A stretch of DNA of 63,882 nt, filler included, from Thraustochytrium aureum (taxonomy: Eukaryota): assembly GCA_012862495.1 (NCBI GenBank). It is 5 parts of 4 records of this genome, joined end to end, with 100 filler letters (N's around TTAATTAATTAA, not from the genome) between each part and the next. Parts side by side here need not be neighbours in the genome. Positions count along the whole stretch, not along the records: positions 23,805 to 50,271 come from BLSG01000353.1; positions 50,372 to 60,683 come from BLSG01000357.1; 3 more parts are not named here. One strand, written 5' to 3'. Below, piece after piece: positions 46,701-58,954 of this stretch (its first letter is position 1; each line of letters opens with the position of its first letter). Position numbers and translations under genes: made by a program. The notes under the pieces are model-generated. The model worked only from the letters and a program-made list of their open reading frames with translations, was not told where the DNA came from and made no database searches.

Positions 46701-49545
46701 CGTACGCACGCTGGGGGCGCTTTATCCTAAGGCACGGCACCAGCGCGTCTGGCGAGTCGAGACCCTCGAGTAGGACAATCTCGGTCGTGTCTTGCGGCAC
46801 AATAGCCGCCAGGAGCTTGCCGGACGGGTCGGCAGCGAGCCGGCGCCCCACGCTTTGGCCCAGTGCCCTCCTGTCATCGTTGGCAGCGCGCGGCTGCCCC
46901 TTGCGGGCAAGAGCCGCCTCACCAGCGGGCCCCAGTGGGCTGCCCGCAACAGACAGCATGCGCACGGGCTGAAACTGCTGTTCAGCCAAGTAGACGCATG
47001 TCTGGCCATCCGCGCCGAGCGTGAACGCGACGCGTCCGCTCGGCGCAAAGCAGAGGCCGTCGACGGGGCCAACGTGCTGCTTGTACTCAAACGCCAACGA
47101 GACTGATTGCACGTCAAAGACGCGGAGCATCCCCGATGCGTAGCCGCACAAAAGAATGTCTTGGTCTGCGTCCGGGTGGAAAGCCAGGCACAGCGCAGCG
47201 TCGCCGGGCGCGGCAAGCTCGTACATTTGCTCGCAACCAGGCGCGGTCCACACCCGCACCGTTCCGTCGGTAGCTGCCGTGGCCATGACGTTCGAGCCCG
47301 TGTCTCCAACCTGGCGCGGCCGAAAGCACACCGCGTTGATGTCGCCGCTGTGCGTGCGCAACTTGGTTTCGTGCGTGTGGGTGGTCACGTCGAGGACGCC
47401 GAGCGAGCCGCCCGTCGTCCCGACAAGGACGCGCAGACCGTCCGGGGACACGTCGACCGAACTAACGGCCGTCTCGTGGCGGGCCTCGAGGAAGAAGTCG
47501 CCAAAGTCGAGCGGCCACACGCGCACAAACTGGTCTGCCGACCCGGTCACGCAAAAGCCCTCGTTCACCGCGAGGGTGTGGATGGGCCCGTCGTGCAGGC
47601 GGTACACGCACAGCAAACACGACGCTCGTAGTGCACTGCTGTGACCGAGCCGTTGTCCGAGGCGAAAAAGACGCGGCGGTCGAACGTGGTGCTGGCAAGG
47701 CCTTGCGCCGCGGTGCCCGCGCCAAAATTGCTCTCGAAGGCGAGGTCCGTGAAGGTGGCTCCGCGAGCAAACTCGTTCAAGATGACCGGGCTCCCCGGTA
47801 GGTGCCTGTTGCGGACACGCCAGAAGCGAATGTTCTCGCGGCCACACGACACGAGCTGGCAAGAGTCATAGGGGGAGAACTTTAAAGCCGAGATCTCAAA
47901 CTCGCTGGTCTGGCGCGCCACGAGGGAAAACTTGGTCGCGCTGTGCTGCGCCCCCTGCAGCAGTGCAGCGTGGTTCCCGGCTGGGTCATTTTTCAGCGTC
48001 GCCAGCATTGTGCTGAGGTCCCAGACACAGACTTGGGTGCGGGTGTGCTCGTCGCGGCCCACGGCGCAGAGGAACGCGTTGTCAGAGCTAAAGTCGAGCG
48101 AGCGCAGGTTCCCGCCAGGGCAGGCCGCGATGAGCGCGACGCAGCGGTAGGTGGCCAAGTTCCACAGACGAATGACGGGGTGTTTTCCGCTCTGCGCCGA
48201 GGCGAGGACGAGGCCGTCTGGGTCAAGCGCGAGGCAGCTCACCTGGTCGGTGTGGCCGAGTAGCACCTGCTGCTCCTGCTTGATGTGCTCGGGGGAGGCG
48301 ACGATCACGTTGCTGGAGCTTGCGAAAGCCACTCTNNNNNNNNNNNNNNNNNNNNNNNNNNNNNNNNNNNNNNNNNNNNNNNNNNNNNNNNNNNNNNNNN
48401 NNNNNNNNNNNNNNNNNNNNNNNNNNNNNNNNNNNNNNNNNNNNNNNNNNNNNNNNNNNNNNNNNNNNNNNNNNNNNNNNNNNNNNNNNNNNNNNNNNNN
48501 NNNNNNNNNNNNNNNNNNNNNGGCGCGTTCTCATCACCCGTTGTGCCAAGCAGGGCCGAGTCTTTCGTGCCGAAGCTTGCTTGCTTGCGCCCTGCGCTTG
48601 GCGACTGCCCAGCGGCCGGGAGCACGAGGCTGCCCGCGTTCCCGGCTGCGAGCGAGCGGCGCGGCACGGCCGCAACGGCCTCGTAGTGCGTGTTCTTCGC
48701 GGGGACGTGCGGGATCCAGATCAGCTCTTCGGCAAGCTCTTGAGCGGGGCGGCCGAGCTGCATGGCGCGTGGGAAGCCGGGCAGGCCGATGACCTCTGCC
48801 TCCGTCTCGCTGCCAACCCCGGTCACGGCGCCTCGGGAGTAGGGCGCCTCGGCGGTGAAGACATTGCGCACGCTGACGTTGGAGCAAACGGTGATTGACT
48901 TGACACACCAGAATTGGTCGCTGTGCACATTGTCTCTGTATTTGGCCAAAAGTGCAGGAATGTCAAAGGCCAGCGTGCACCAAGCGTCGCCAACATCTAC
49001 GGGAACTTGGATCACGTTTCCGCGTCGTCTGAAGACGCGAAACATGTTGCTCAGCGTGAGGCGGGTGACAAACTTGTCTTGCCCGAGGATCTCGACGTGA
49101 ATCGTGAAGAGCTTTGGCGCAACGGGGCGAAGCTGGACGTACATAAAGCTTCCGGTGAGGCCGAGCGAGCCGTGGCCTTTCGCCGGAATCTCTACAAAGT
49201 TGGCCGTCGACGTCGTGCCTGTCACACGAAGCACGTTCTTCCCAATCGTCTTGTCGAGCACCATGCGCGCGCTGCCTTCGCGCGTGACGCGTGTCCAGGA
49301 CCCGGCAGAGAGTTCTGCCAGTTTGAAGACGTCAACGAACGGCTTTTGCCACACTGCTCCGCACACAGATCAACAAGTGGCACCGGCGCGTCAGCCAACC
49401 CTCGCAGCACACCGCCTCCAGCGAAGAGCCGAGCCGCGCACTTACAACTTGCAGATGCCAGCGCGGCATTCTGGGCAGCGTTGCCCACCGCCACAGCCGC
49501 CCCGTCCCTGGCCGCCGCGGCGACCCTGCCGATTTCGACGACCAT
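43763..49545 (-). CDS. WDR90: WDR90/POC16-like centriolar protein (CFAP20/DUF667 domain + WD40 repeats; intron 49354-49445; gaps and several frameshifts)
   Basis: WQKPFVDVFK...DKTIGKNVLRVTG...LGLTGSFMYVQLR. WD40 repeats include LVSCGRENIRFWR, LPGSPVILNEFAR and VTGSADQFVRVWPLDFGDFFLEARHE. Confidence 0.9.
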
Positions 49546-50315
49546 CTCGACCCCGGAAGGAGCCAACTTTCGCGCAAGGCAACTTGGAGTCTGCCAAGAA
49601 GCCTACGCGCCTCGCGTTCTTCGAGCCTGCCTCACGCGCACTGTGCTGTCCCGGGCAACCGCCCTTCCTTCTGCCCGAGCCGAGGCGGTGTTGGGGCTCT
49701 GCCAGATCGTCGCAGCAACCGCCAGCGAGTCCCGCTATCTTCAAACGCGGCCACCTATTTGCTCAGCAAATTGAATAAATCGAGGGCCATCTCGGCCAAG
49801 TGGAATCCCGCTCCTCCAGCCCCGCTACGGGAGCCCGGCTGGCGCGAGCGCTCTCTCAAGCCTGCTGCTGCACGAGGCGCGCGCACGCCGCTCGACGGGC
49901 TGGCCGGCCACGGACAGCGCCCAGCCTCGCTCGAAGAGCTTTAGCACGGCCGCTCACAACCCGCCCGGCTGCCATCCCGAGCCGACCCGTTCCGCCATCC
50001 CCATCCGTCCCGACGCGCAAGCCCAGGCATCGCAGGCCCGGGGACAGGCAGCTCGATCGGCTGATTGATCGATCGATCGACCCAGGCCCGCGGGCGCGGC
50101 AGAGCGAGCGAGCAATCGCTCAACCGATCGATCGATGGATCGACCGCGGCCCCACGAGCAGCCACGTCACAAGGGTACCCCTGAGACGAAGGACTGCCGC
50201 GAGGAACACATGCTAGTCGGCTCTTGGAGACGGCCAGACTCCAAACGCTTCAGTGCGCCCACGCGCTTCCTNNNNNNNNNNNNNNNNNNNNNNNNNNNNN
50301 NNNNNNNNNNNNNNN

Positions 50316-50327
50316 TTAATTAATTAA
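50316..50327. other. Artificial scaffold linker
   Basis: N-TTAATTAATTAA-N. Confidence 0.95.
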
Positions 50328-50371
50328 NNNNNNNNNNNNNNNNNNNNNNNNNNNNNNNNNNNNNNNNNNNN

Positions 50372-51094
50372 TGCATCGTAGCCGTTAAAGAAGCCATTCT
50401 CCGAGACCGTGTCCCAGTCGTTCAGTAAAACGGGTACAAGACCAAAACCAACACCGTACATGGCGAGCTGGATGTTACGGACATAAAGCGAAACCGGGCG
50501 GCCCTGCTTGAGCATCATCTCAAAGTACACGCCGGCAAAACCAGATGTGAAGCAGCTCGCCAAGACCGCCATCAGCCCAATGAACTGGTTCTGGCTCTCG
50601 TATGCCTTTTCTGCTTGCTTTTTCTCATCCAACGTCGAAAGCTGGACCACTCCAACGCCTGCGGTAAGAAGTGCCAACGAGATGTACTGGAGGCTGGATA
50701 TCTCTTTGCCAAGGAGGATGCGGCTGCACAGAGCGGTGGCAAGGATCTTGCCTTGAGTTGTCACCTGAAAAATAGGGACGGAGAGGTGAGTCAGCGCCAC
50801 GAAGAGCAGGTTGTTCTGGATCATGTACATGATGCCAGGCGCTGACAGCTTTAGCGTGTCAATCGTGGCCATTTCGCTTGCCACGCGAGAGTAAAAGGAT
50901 TTGTTGGCGTCTCCCAGGAGAATCTCGAGCACCAGGTTGATCATCACCTTGACAAGCTCGGCCGCAACTACAGCAGTCGAGCTCACGTACAGGCTGCCGT
51001 TGCCTGCGTTGTGAATGCGCGAGTAGCGAATGAGCAGCACGAGGCTGACATTCTGAAAGACGAGCACAACGAGGCTGAGGTATTTGGGGTTCAT
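50372..51094 (-). CDS. Nucleotide-sugar transporter, SLC35A family (UDP-Gal/UDP-GlcNAc/CMP-Sia), 3' truncated
   Basis: KYLSLVVLVFQN, SSTAVVAAELVK, P...Y.IQNNL, FQVTTQGKILATA, SGFAGVYFE and RNIQL. Confidence 0.93.
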
Positions 51095-52008
51095 CCGCCT
51101 CCGCTTTGGCACTTCACCTCCCTTCAATAGATATCCTGCTTCGTGTGACAGATTCTTCAGCGTCTTGCTCGAGGTTGCTACTCCACGTCGCGTCCCCGCC
51201 GCTCAAGCCTTTCGCGGGCTGCGCGGCTGTTGCCTGCTCGTGCTGCCTGGCGAGGCCAACTGACAACCTAGGTATTCAACTCTGTACTCTGTATACCCTA
51301 ACCCTCTCCCGCCCGAATGCAGAGTATAAGGTAGCGTACGAAGTACCTTACTCGAAAGAGGAAAGAACCTTCTTTCAAGAGGCCTCAAAAGCAAAGTGAA
51401 AGAAAANNNNNNNNNNNNNNNNNNNNNNNNNNNNNNNNNNNNNNNNNNNNNNNNNNNNNNNNNNNNNNNNNNNNNNNNNNNNNNNNNNNNNNNNNNNNNN
51501 NNNNNNNNNNNNNNNNNNNNNNNNNNNNNNNNNNNNNNNNNNNNNNNNNNNNNNNNNNNNNNNNNNNNNNNNNNNNNNNNNNNNNNNNNNNNNNNNNNNN
51601 NNNNNNNNNNNNNNNNNNNNNNNNNNNNNNNNNNNNNNNNNNNNNNNNNNNNNNNNNNGTGTTGATTCGGATCTTGATGTTCTCCATCAAGTGTCGTCTC
51701 CATCAAGCGTCGCGCGCGCAACCCAACCAAGAGCAAGTACAGTGAGTAGGTACCCGGTACTCCTTCGAGCACTCCTTCGAGTACCCTCGAGCTGTTGACC
51801 TGTGCACTGGCAGCCAACTCGATCGAGTTCTCTGCCGCGTGAGGCAAAACAGGAACGAGCACCCTTTGATTTGATTGATTTTGATTGATGGTTCCGCCCA
51901 CCAAGCGCGAGGGTACGAACGCGCAAAGAATCGCAGGTAGGTAGCAAACCCAGGTGTCAAACCAGGACGAGGCTCGACCCTCGAGTCACTGGCAAGACCG
52001 CCTGCGCG

Positions 52009-55000
52009 TCACCGAGTCCGTGCTGGTGGCGCCTCCAGCACTTTGGGCGCAGCTCCCCCCTTCTTCTTGATCAGCTCAAAAAGTGCGCTGATCCAGCGCT
52101 CCAAATAAAGGACGAGCTTGAGTTCGCGCGGTGCATGGTCATTCTCAAAGTCGGCTGATGCCTTTTCGAGGCGTTCAAGGTCGTCTGGAGCAAGCGCTGG
52201 TGGGCAAGCGCCAGCAATCGTGACAAGCTCCATGAAGGCGGGCCAATTCTTGAGCTGCGCTCGCATATGCTTCCATGTCGGCTTGACCCCAGCAAGCAAA
52301 CACGCAGCGCCCAATGTACGGGACAGTCTCTCCGAAGGGCTTTGGACGTTGAGAACCTCAACAAGCTGCGCGGTCGTCACGGCCGCCAGTGCCGAGGTCG
52401 CTGTCCTCACCTGCATGTGCAGCGCCTTGATCTGAATGTACTCAAGATGCGGTTGGCGTGCCGGCTTTGGCGTGGCATCGAGCACACCACCTCCAAGGCC
52501 CTGCAAATATGTTTTTGCCATCGCTTCATCGTTCTCTTTTCGAGCTTCTCGCATGGCCCGCGGGACTCGAGGTCCGCTGCCCGAGGCTAGGCCACGGCTC
52601 GGCGACCGACTTTCGCCGCGCGTGGGGCTCATTCGACGCGATCCTCCGGGTCCACGCTTTGGCGAGCTCTCCACGGCGTCCTTGGCGTCGCGCCGACCAC
52701 GACGAGTTGCCGTACGTGCTCTCGGCCGCGGCTTGTGCGTTGGAGATGTGGTCTGAAGGCTCGCTCGCTTGTACTCTGCGTACCGGTCCATCCAAAAGCC
52801 AACAAAATCCTCCACGTCAACCGCGACCTTCGAATGTACGCCTCCACCTCCAAACTCGCTGACTGGGAAAGGATTCAGCCGCATAAGGTCAAGCCATACG
52901 GTGCCGTTGATAGTATGATTGAGTTTGGCCAATGCAGACGGGCAGAGCGCAGCCGGAGGCGTGACATCTTCGCGCACGCCGACGGAACCATCTATGCTGC
53001 TTGCAGCCGAGTTCGCGCCTTGGCTTTCAGTGGGGATGCTTGACGTGCCGGAGCCCGAGCTTTGCGTTGCGCCATCAGGAAGCAAGCTTTCGCAGCCCAA
53101 GGCGCCCAGAAGACCGCCTTCAACTCCTCCGTCTTCATCCTCTGGTGGGGTGCACTCCGAGTCGACAAAAGCCTCCCTGGCAGAATATTCTCGTTTCTCA
53201 TTGATGCCGTCACCTGTCCCACATTCGGACTCTGTCCTGATTGAGCTGGCTCTCTCGCGATCAACAGACGAGCGCTCGCCCCTCGCTGCCTCGCCAACCG
53301 ACGCGACCGCCAGCCCCACAATCGCAGATGTTCGCGGCTCAGGAATCGCATGGTAAAACTCGCGAAGAGCGTTCCGAATGTCGCCCACGTCAACCGCGAG
53401 CCCTTGCGCGGGCTCAATCGCGTGTCTCACGCCTTCTAGCCAGCTGATAAACCCGTCAAGGGTCTTTGCCTCAGCGACTGGGGCTTGCTTCCAAAAAACA
53501 GCGCATGCCGCCTTGACATCCTTCGCGAGAGGAGAAGTTGAGACGCCGAGCGATTGTTCTACCAGCGCGGAGAACGCCTCGCGCAGGCTTTGCTTGGACT
53601 CAAACGAGCGGTCTGTCTCTCGCTGCTCTGTTCTGAGGACATGAAGGAGCTGAGCAAGCGACTCTGCGAGAGCGTTCACCAGTCGTAGAGCACAAGTTGG
53701 AGCCACGCGCTTTGCCTGACGGCGCGTCGACGGCGAGAGTGCGCGCTTTGAGCAGACCGGATCTACAGCCAGCTCTGGAGGGCTTTCGGTTCGTAGGATA
53801 TGCAAAATGTCCGCAGGTTTCGGCGCCACCGTGCTTGCTGGCGTTGCCGTTGACGAGCCCTTAGACGATGCCTTTGGCGACGGCTTGGGTGACGATTTTC
53901 GCTCCTTTGCCTTACTCGAAAGCTTGGTTTCGAAGTACCGCATCAGCAGCGCAACCTCGGTGGTGGTTTGCTTGAGGCCGAGCGAGATGAGCGTCTTGGC
54001 CAGCGCAGGTGCCGTGATGCAACCGTCGCCTTGCTCAAGTGTCCGTGTCTGCTCGGCCAGCGCTGCCTCCAGGCGTGTCAACACTGCAGGTTGGCTAGCC
54101 CAGCGAAAGAGGCCCCGGACACACCTGCACTGTGCGCTCGTCTGCGCCTTGGTCAGCTTTACGGCAGACCCGCCGCGCCTAATGCCGGCGTGCTAGCTTC
54201 CGCGCCGCGGCCTGGCCGTCGCATGGAAACCATGTACGGTGCGAGGCGCTTCCGCTCCTTTGCAGGGAGGTCTTCCACAGAGAGCATGGGCGCGACTACG
54301 CCAAACACTGCCGACTGGTGAGCCGCAGCTACATCGGACGAGGCCATTTGAGGCGCGCGGTTGGCTCGAGCAGTGGGAGACAGGCTGGAGCTGTCCTGGA
54401 CCGCACTCGCGCGGCGGGGCGGCGCAGGCGACGAGTCGGTCTTGACGAGGTTGTCTAAGATTGTCTTGGCGGTGAGCTCCCGTTCCTCCTCGCGCCTCTT
54501 GCGCAGCTCACGGTCCTTTCTTTTCTTCCAGTCGCGGTACTCGCGATCTGCAATTACCTTTCGCCGGGCTTGCTCCTCTGGAGTCTCCTCGCCGCGCACG
54601 CGGCGCGCTTGGCGCGAGGAGCCGGGGCGCCCGTCAGAGGCTGCGGTCTCTGGGCGCTGCTTCGCTTGCTGCTTTTTGCAGCGAGCCAAGCGTTGAAAAC
54701 GAGGTCCGCCTCTTGTTGCTTCAGTCGTTTGCGCAGGTCGTCCTCTTCCTCGCCTTTTCTTTGGAGCACGGCCTCGGACTTGCACGTCCCAAGCCCGGGA
54801 AGCCGGCCTGTGGGGCAGCGGCTGAGGGCGGAACCTTTGAGGCGCTCGTTGGCTTGCTCTGCTGCACGAATAATCTGTTCGTCATCTTCGCCGTCGGTGG
54901 GCAAAAGTGGGGCCCCGCCGCGCTCCCTCCGCGGTACGAGGAGCTTTTCCTTCACCCACTGATCGCCAGCTCGCTGGACGGCGCCGTAGAGCAAAGCTAG

Positions 55001-55390
55001 TCGTTCTGTTGGGGGCTTGAGGCTGCTGATACTGATGGGCTCCCTTTGCCGGCTCCCAGGGGGTCGCGCCGTCGGCGACGCTGCGACCGCCTCGTCTGCC
55101 ATCTTGACGAGCTCGTCGACGGTAAGCTCTGCGGCGTTCGGTTCTTTTGCGCGGCGCGACAGAGCGACCTGTAAGGATTTGATGCCATTCAAGTTCTCCA
55201 AGGCGCCGGCCTTCGCGCTGCTGCCTTGCTGAGCGGCATCTACGTCATGCTGGCAAAGCGCTTGGAGGAGCGTCTGCGCGCTCAGCCTGAGCCCTGGCGC
55301 CTCCTCCGCCTCCCGGCCGCCAGCGCGGCGGAAGAGACTTTCCGCCAAGGCCCTCATCTCCTCCGTGGGCGCACTCTGCAGCTCCGCCAT
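52009..55390 (-). CDS. Large hypothetical protein in three frame segments; C-terminal dynein microtubule-binding-domain-like module
   Basis: Three consecutive ORFs (55390-~54720, ~54720-54200, 54084-52009) have protein-like composition. The exact junctions (frameshift or intron) are unresolved. Confidence 0.6.
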
Positions 55391-56845
55391 CCTGGCTCGT
55401 GGTCGCTGGCGCGGCTGGCGCGGCTGGCGCGGCTGGCCCTGTTGACGCGCGCTTGGCGCTCTGCGGCAGACCCGTTGCAAAGAGCCGTTCACTTACTGGG
55501 CGCGCAAGGTGCCAGGCGGCCTCAGCTCGTTGATTGGCTTTCTGCGTCTCGGGCGCAGAACCCAGGGCGGGCGACGGCGCGCCCGGAACGGCAGGGGGGT
55601 CGAGCTTGCTTGCCGCACTCTGCACCGGAGCTAGAAGCAGGGCCGCCTGCGCCCCGTCGGAAGGGCTGCGCGCACGAGTGCTAGGCGTCCTGGGCGCCCT
55701 GGACACGCGGAACAGCGCGACGATCCGATAATGGCCTGGGGTCTCTGGCTAGAGAGGGACGCCTGGTGTGTGTGCGGTTGCGCGAGGCAAGCCCGTTCCA
55801 TGACCCGAGGTCGTCGGCTTGCATGAGCACGTATACATACTCTACTCTACCAACCTGCCTGCTCGAGTACCTACCTATCTGTAGGTCGGTCGGAGCAGAG
55901 CCTGCTCACGAGGACATGACACAGCGCCAGGTTTTTTAAGCCGCGCTGAGGAAGGGCGCGGCGCGTCAGCGTTGTCGGCCTGCCGTGTCTTTCCCTGCCT
56001 CGCACGGACGCAGCACGATGTGCCGGACCGCGTCCAATCCTTTCTGAACAAAGAGCTACTCGCTGGTGTTTGGAGGTGTGTTTGGGGGAGCAGGGGAAAA
56101 GCGCGATGGTGCGTGGTGCGAATAAAAACAGAAGCTAGTACTAAATGCTTGTAAAAGTTTTAGTTTTTGTGTTCTTGTAATTCTTTGCATGGCGGTTTTG
56201 CGTGGGTCATTTCTGAACGCCAGACCTTGCTCAGAACCGATCTCATGTCAGGCTGGCGGGCGTGAACGGCGAGAGCGGCGTGTGTGTTGCGCGCGTGATG
56301 CTCCGCGGGCGAGGTGCGCCAGTCATTGGCTCCAAGCTCTTTCACATTGCTTCCCTGCGGCTTTCCTCATCTTCGCCTGCTAGATGGCTTGATGTTGAGA
56401 GCAAGCGCCTTGTCCGAGAGACGTCGCGCATTTACACCTTTCGTGGCCAATGACGATGCCGAAGAGAGTCGGAGCTCTCGCCTACGGTCAGGCTTTCTTC
56501 TTCGCACAGGCAGGGACGGGGCGGGGCGCCAAGAGAACAACAGGTCAGCCCTCCCATGCTACTCCTTGCAAAAGGCGCAAAATCCAGCTATCCAACCATC
56601 CATCCCATTGTGTCGCAACGTTGCGGGCGAGGAGGTCCTGGGAGCGGCCGGGCCTTGATGAGAGTCGCCTGGACAGACAGACAGACAGTCCCGCAACGAC
56701 AACGAGTCGGCAAATCACACGAACAGAAGCGTGCGTGCGAGGAGCCGCGCAACAGAAAGGCAAGAATCAATCAGGTTGTGCGCGCGCAGGCCACACAGCC
56801 AAGCCCTGGCAGACAGAAGAGAAGCGCTGGGCGAGAGCTACCGAT

Positions 56846-57820
56846 ATGTCATTCAGCACCACCGGACGGTTCAAGGGACCGGGCTCGTACCTGCCGAAGA
56901 GCGTTGTCGAGGACGCCGAAAACAATGCAGGCCGTGCCAACGTTCCGCGCCCAGCACCGTTCGGCACGCCGCTGAAGAGCAAAGCCGCGCCGCGACCCAC
57001 GAGCGCCCGCAAAGCCGGGACTCCAAGGCGCGTCGGCGAGGATGGCGTCCCGCTTTTCATGATGGCCACTCGGGCGAGCTCGGCCCGAAAGCACGTTCAG
57101 CGGGAGGGACCCAAGGAGCGCCTCAAGTTTCAGGTTGGCGAGGGCGCAGACAGCCTGATGGCACCGCCTGTCACCTTTGGCAAGGACACCAAGGGCGCAA
57201 CGCCAATGCGCAAGGCCAAGCACGGCAGGTTCAGTATCGCGGGGTCTTACTTGCTGGCAAGCCGTGGGCATGGGGCTGACATGGTAGGTCTTGGCCACGA
57301 GGAAGACAAAAAGATCAAGAAGGGGTCCAAGAGCGTAAGCGTCATCATCGAGCCGCGCACTGAGCGGTTTGGCAAGGACTCGTACCTCCAGGCCTGCTTT
57401 GAGGAGACCAACGCTGTTGACTACATCAGCGCCCCAACAAGCTTCCCAGACACCACCGAGGTGGGTGGCGGGACAAGCGCGTTTAAAAGCAAATCCGCCA
57501 AGGATCGTGGCGAGTGGATCAAGCAGTCAACCTACTTGGCGGACAAGGAGCTGGCGGATTGCGAGGCCACGCAGCACGTTTGCACCGGCAAGAAGGGCGA
57601 CTTTGATGAATCTCGATTCCGGGATGGAATGCAGACCTCGACCTTCCTCGACACCACGGCACGGTTCAAGGACATCGTGCTCGACCCCGGCCTGAGCAGT
57701 TTGGGACCTCCCACTCCCACCAAGGTGCCAGAGCCCAAGTTCGGCACCGTGTACAAGAAGAACACCAAGCACGGCCGCTTCAGCGAGTTCGGCGCCATGC
57801 TTTACAAGCACCCCAACTAG
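56846..57820 (+). CDS. Basic, low-complexity hypothetical protein with repeated GRF...GSYL motifs
   Basis: Strong coding-like codon use from MSFSTTGRFKGPGSYL to KHPN*, with internal motif repeats. Confidence 0.75.
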   Translation: MSFSTTGRFKGPGSYLPKSVVEDAENNAGRANVPRPAPFGTPLKSKAAPRPTSARKAGTPRRVGEDGVPLFMMATRASSARKHVQREGPKERLKFQVGEGADSLMAPPVTFGKDTKGATPMRKAKHGRFSIAGSYLLASRGHGADMVGLGHEEDKKIKKGSKSVSVIIEPRTERFGKDSYLQACFEETNAVDYISAPTSFPDTTEVGGGTSAFKSKSAKDRGEWIKQSTYLADKELADCEATQHVCTGKKGDFDESRFRDGMQTSTFLDTTARFKDIVLDPGLSSLGPPTPTKVPEPKFGTVYKKNTKHGRFSEFGAMLYKHPN

Positions 57821-58954
57821 GCCTCCTCGCGCGACAACAACAACAACAACAACAACAAGAGAACAAAACACGAGTAGAGCAATGCCCACCTGCTGCAGTG
57901 CGAGTGATGGTCCTCGCTCGGCCCAGGCGGTGCCGCGGTGGCTGCCTGGCCTCTGGAGCTCTAGAACGCGGCGGTACCTCGAGGCAACGCGCTCGACCCA
58001 GCTCCCTCTGTTTCGTGCGTTGTCTTGCCTGTACGAGTACGGTTATGCTCTTTTACTGTCAGCGGGCTGACTGTAGAAAATGAAATGATGAGCCTTCGTC
58101 TTGTCAGCTTTTCGTCGCCCATTCGACCCTTCTCGAACCTCGGCCTGCCAAGTGTGCTTGCCGCAGCGCGGATACTCGAGTTGCACTGAGCAGCTTGTTC
58201 CTCATCAGCCGCATGAAAGTGTCACCGGCCACAGGGCTCGCGAGCAATAGGTGCGGTACCTGGTCGGTTTCTTTGGCCGCGCAACACGCCGGCTGGCGCA
58301 TCGGCGGCGCTGCGGTTGCGCCGCCGACCGGGGCCTCTACCGCGGCGCCGCCAGCCGGCGCCTTTTTATTCGGCTTTTAATGTGCACGTGCAATCCAAAC
58401 GCTTTAACGACCTACAAAGTTGNNNNNNNNNNNNNNNNNNNNNNNNNNNNNNNNNNNNNNNNNNNNNNNNNNNNNNNNNNNNNNNNNNNNNNNNNNNNNN
58501 NNNNNNNNNNNNNNNNNNNNNNNNNNNNNNNNNNNNNNNNNNNNNNNNNNNNNNNNNNNNNNNNNNNNNNNNNNNNNNNNNNNNNNNNNNNNNNNNNNNN
58601 NNNNNNNNNNNNNNNNNNATTTAGCTCATCTTCGGCACTGCTCACCTGTGACAGCTGCGCGAGGCTGACGAGGTACCTGTGCTCTGAGTGCGCGCCGGAG
58701 CAGGAGATGTCACCGCATCGACGACCAAACCCCCAAACCAGCAGGCCCAGCAGCAGCAGCAGCAGCAGCAGCAGCCAGCGGAGGAAGAGCAACAGGAGCT
58801 TCTGCACGCGCTCCACAAGGAGTCTCAACAAGGGGTCTGCGTGCGGGCAAGGCGGCGCAGCACCGCTCTCGCGACCTTTCTTGCCACTCTTGCCCTCACC
58901 TTTCTCGCTGTGACGAGAAGCGGCCAAGGGAGCACGGCAGAAGCACAGGAAAAG

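Noticed and set aside
43856..49778. Long + strand ORFs opposite WDR90 and similar antisense ORFs elsewhere
   Set aside because: These are shadow ORFs expected in high-GC coding DNA, with Arg/Ala/Pro-rich translations and no motifs.
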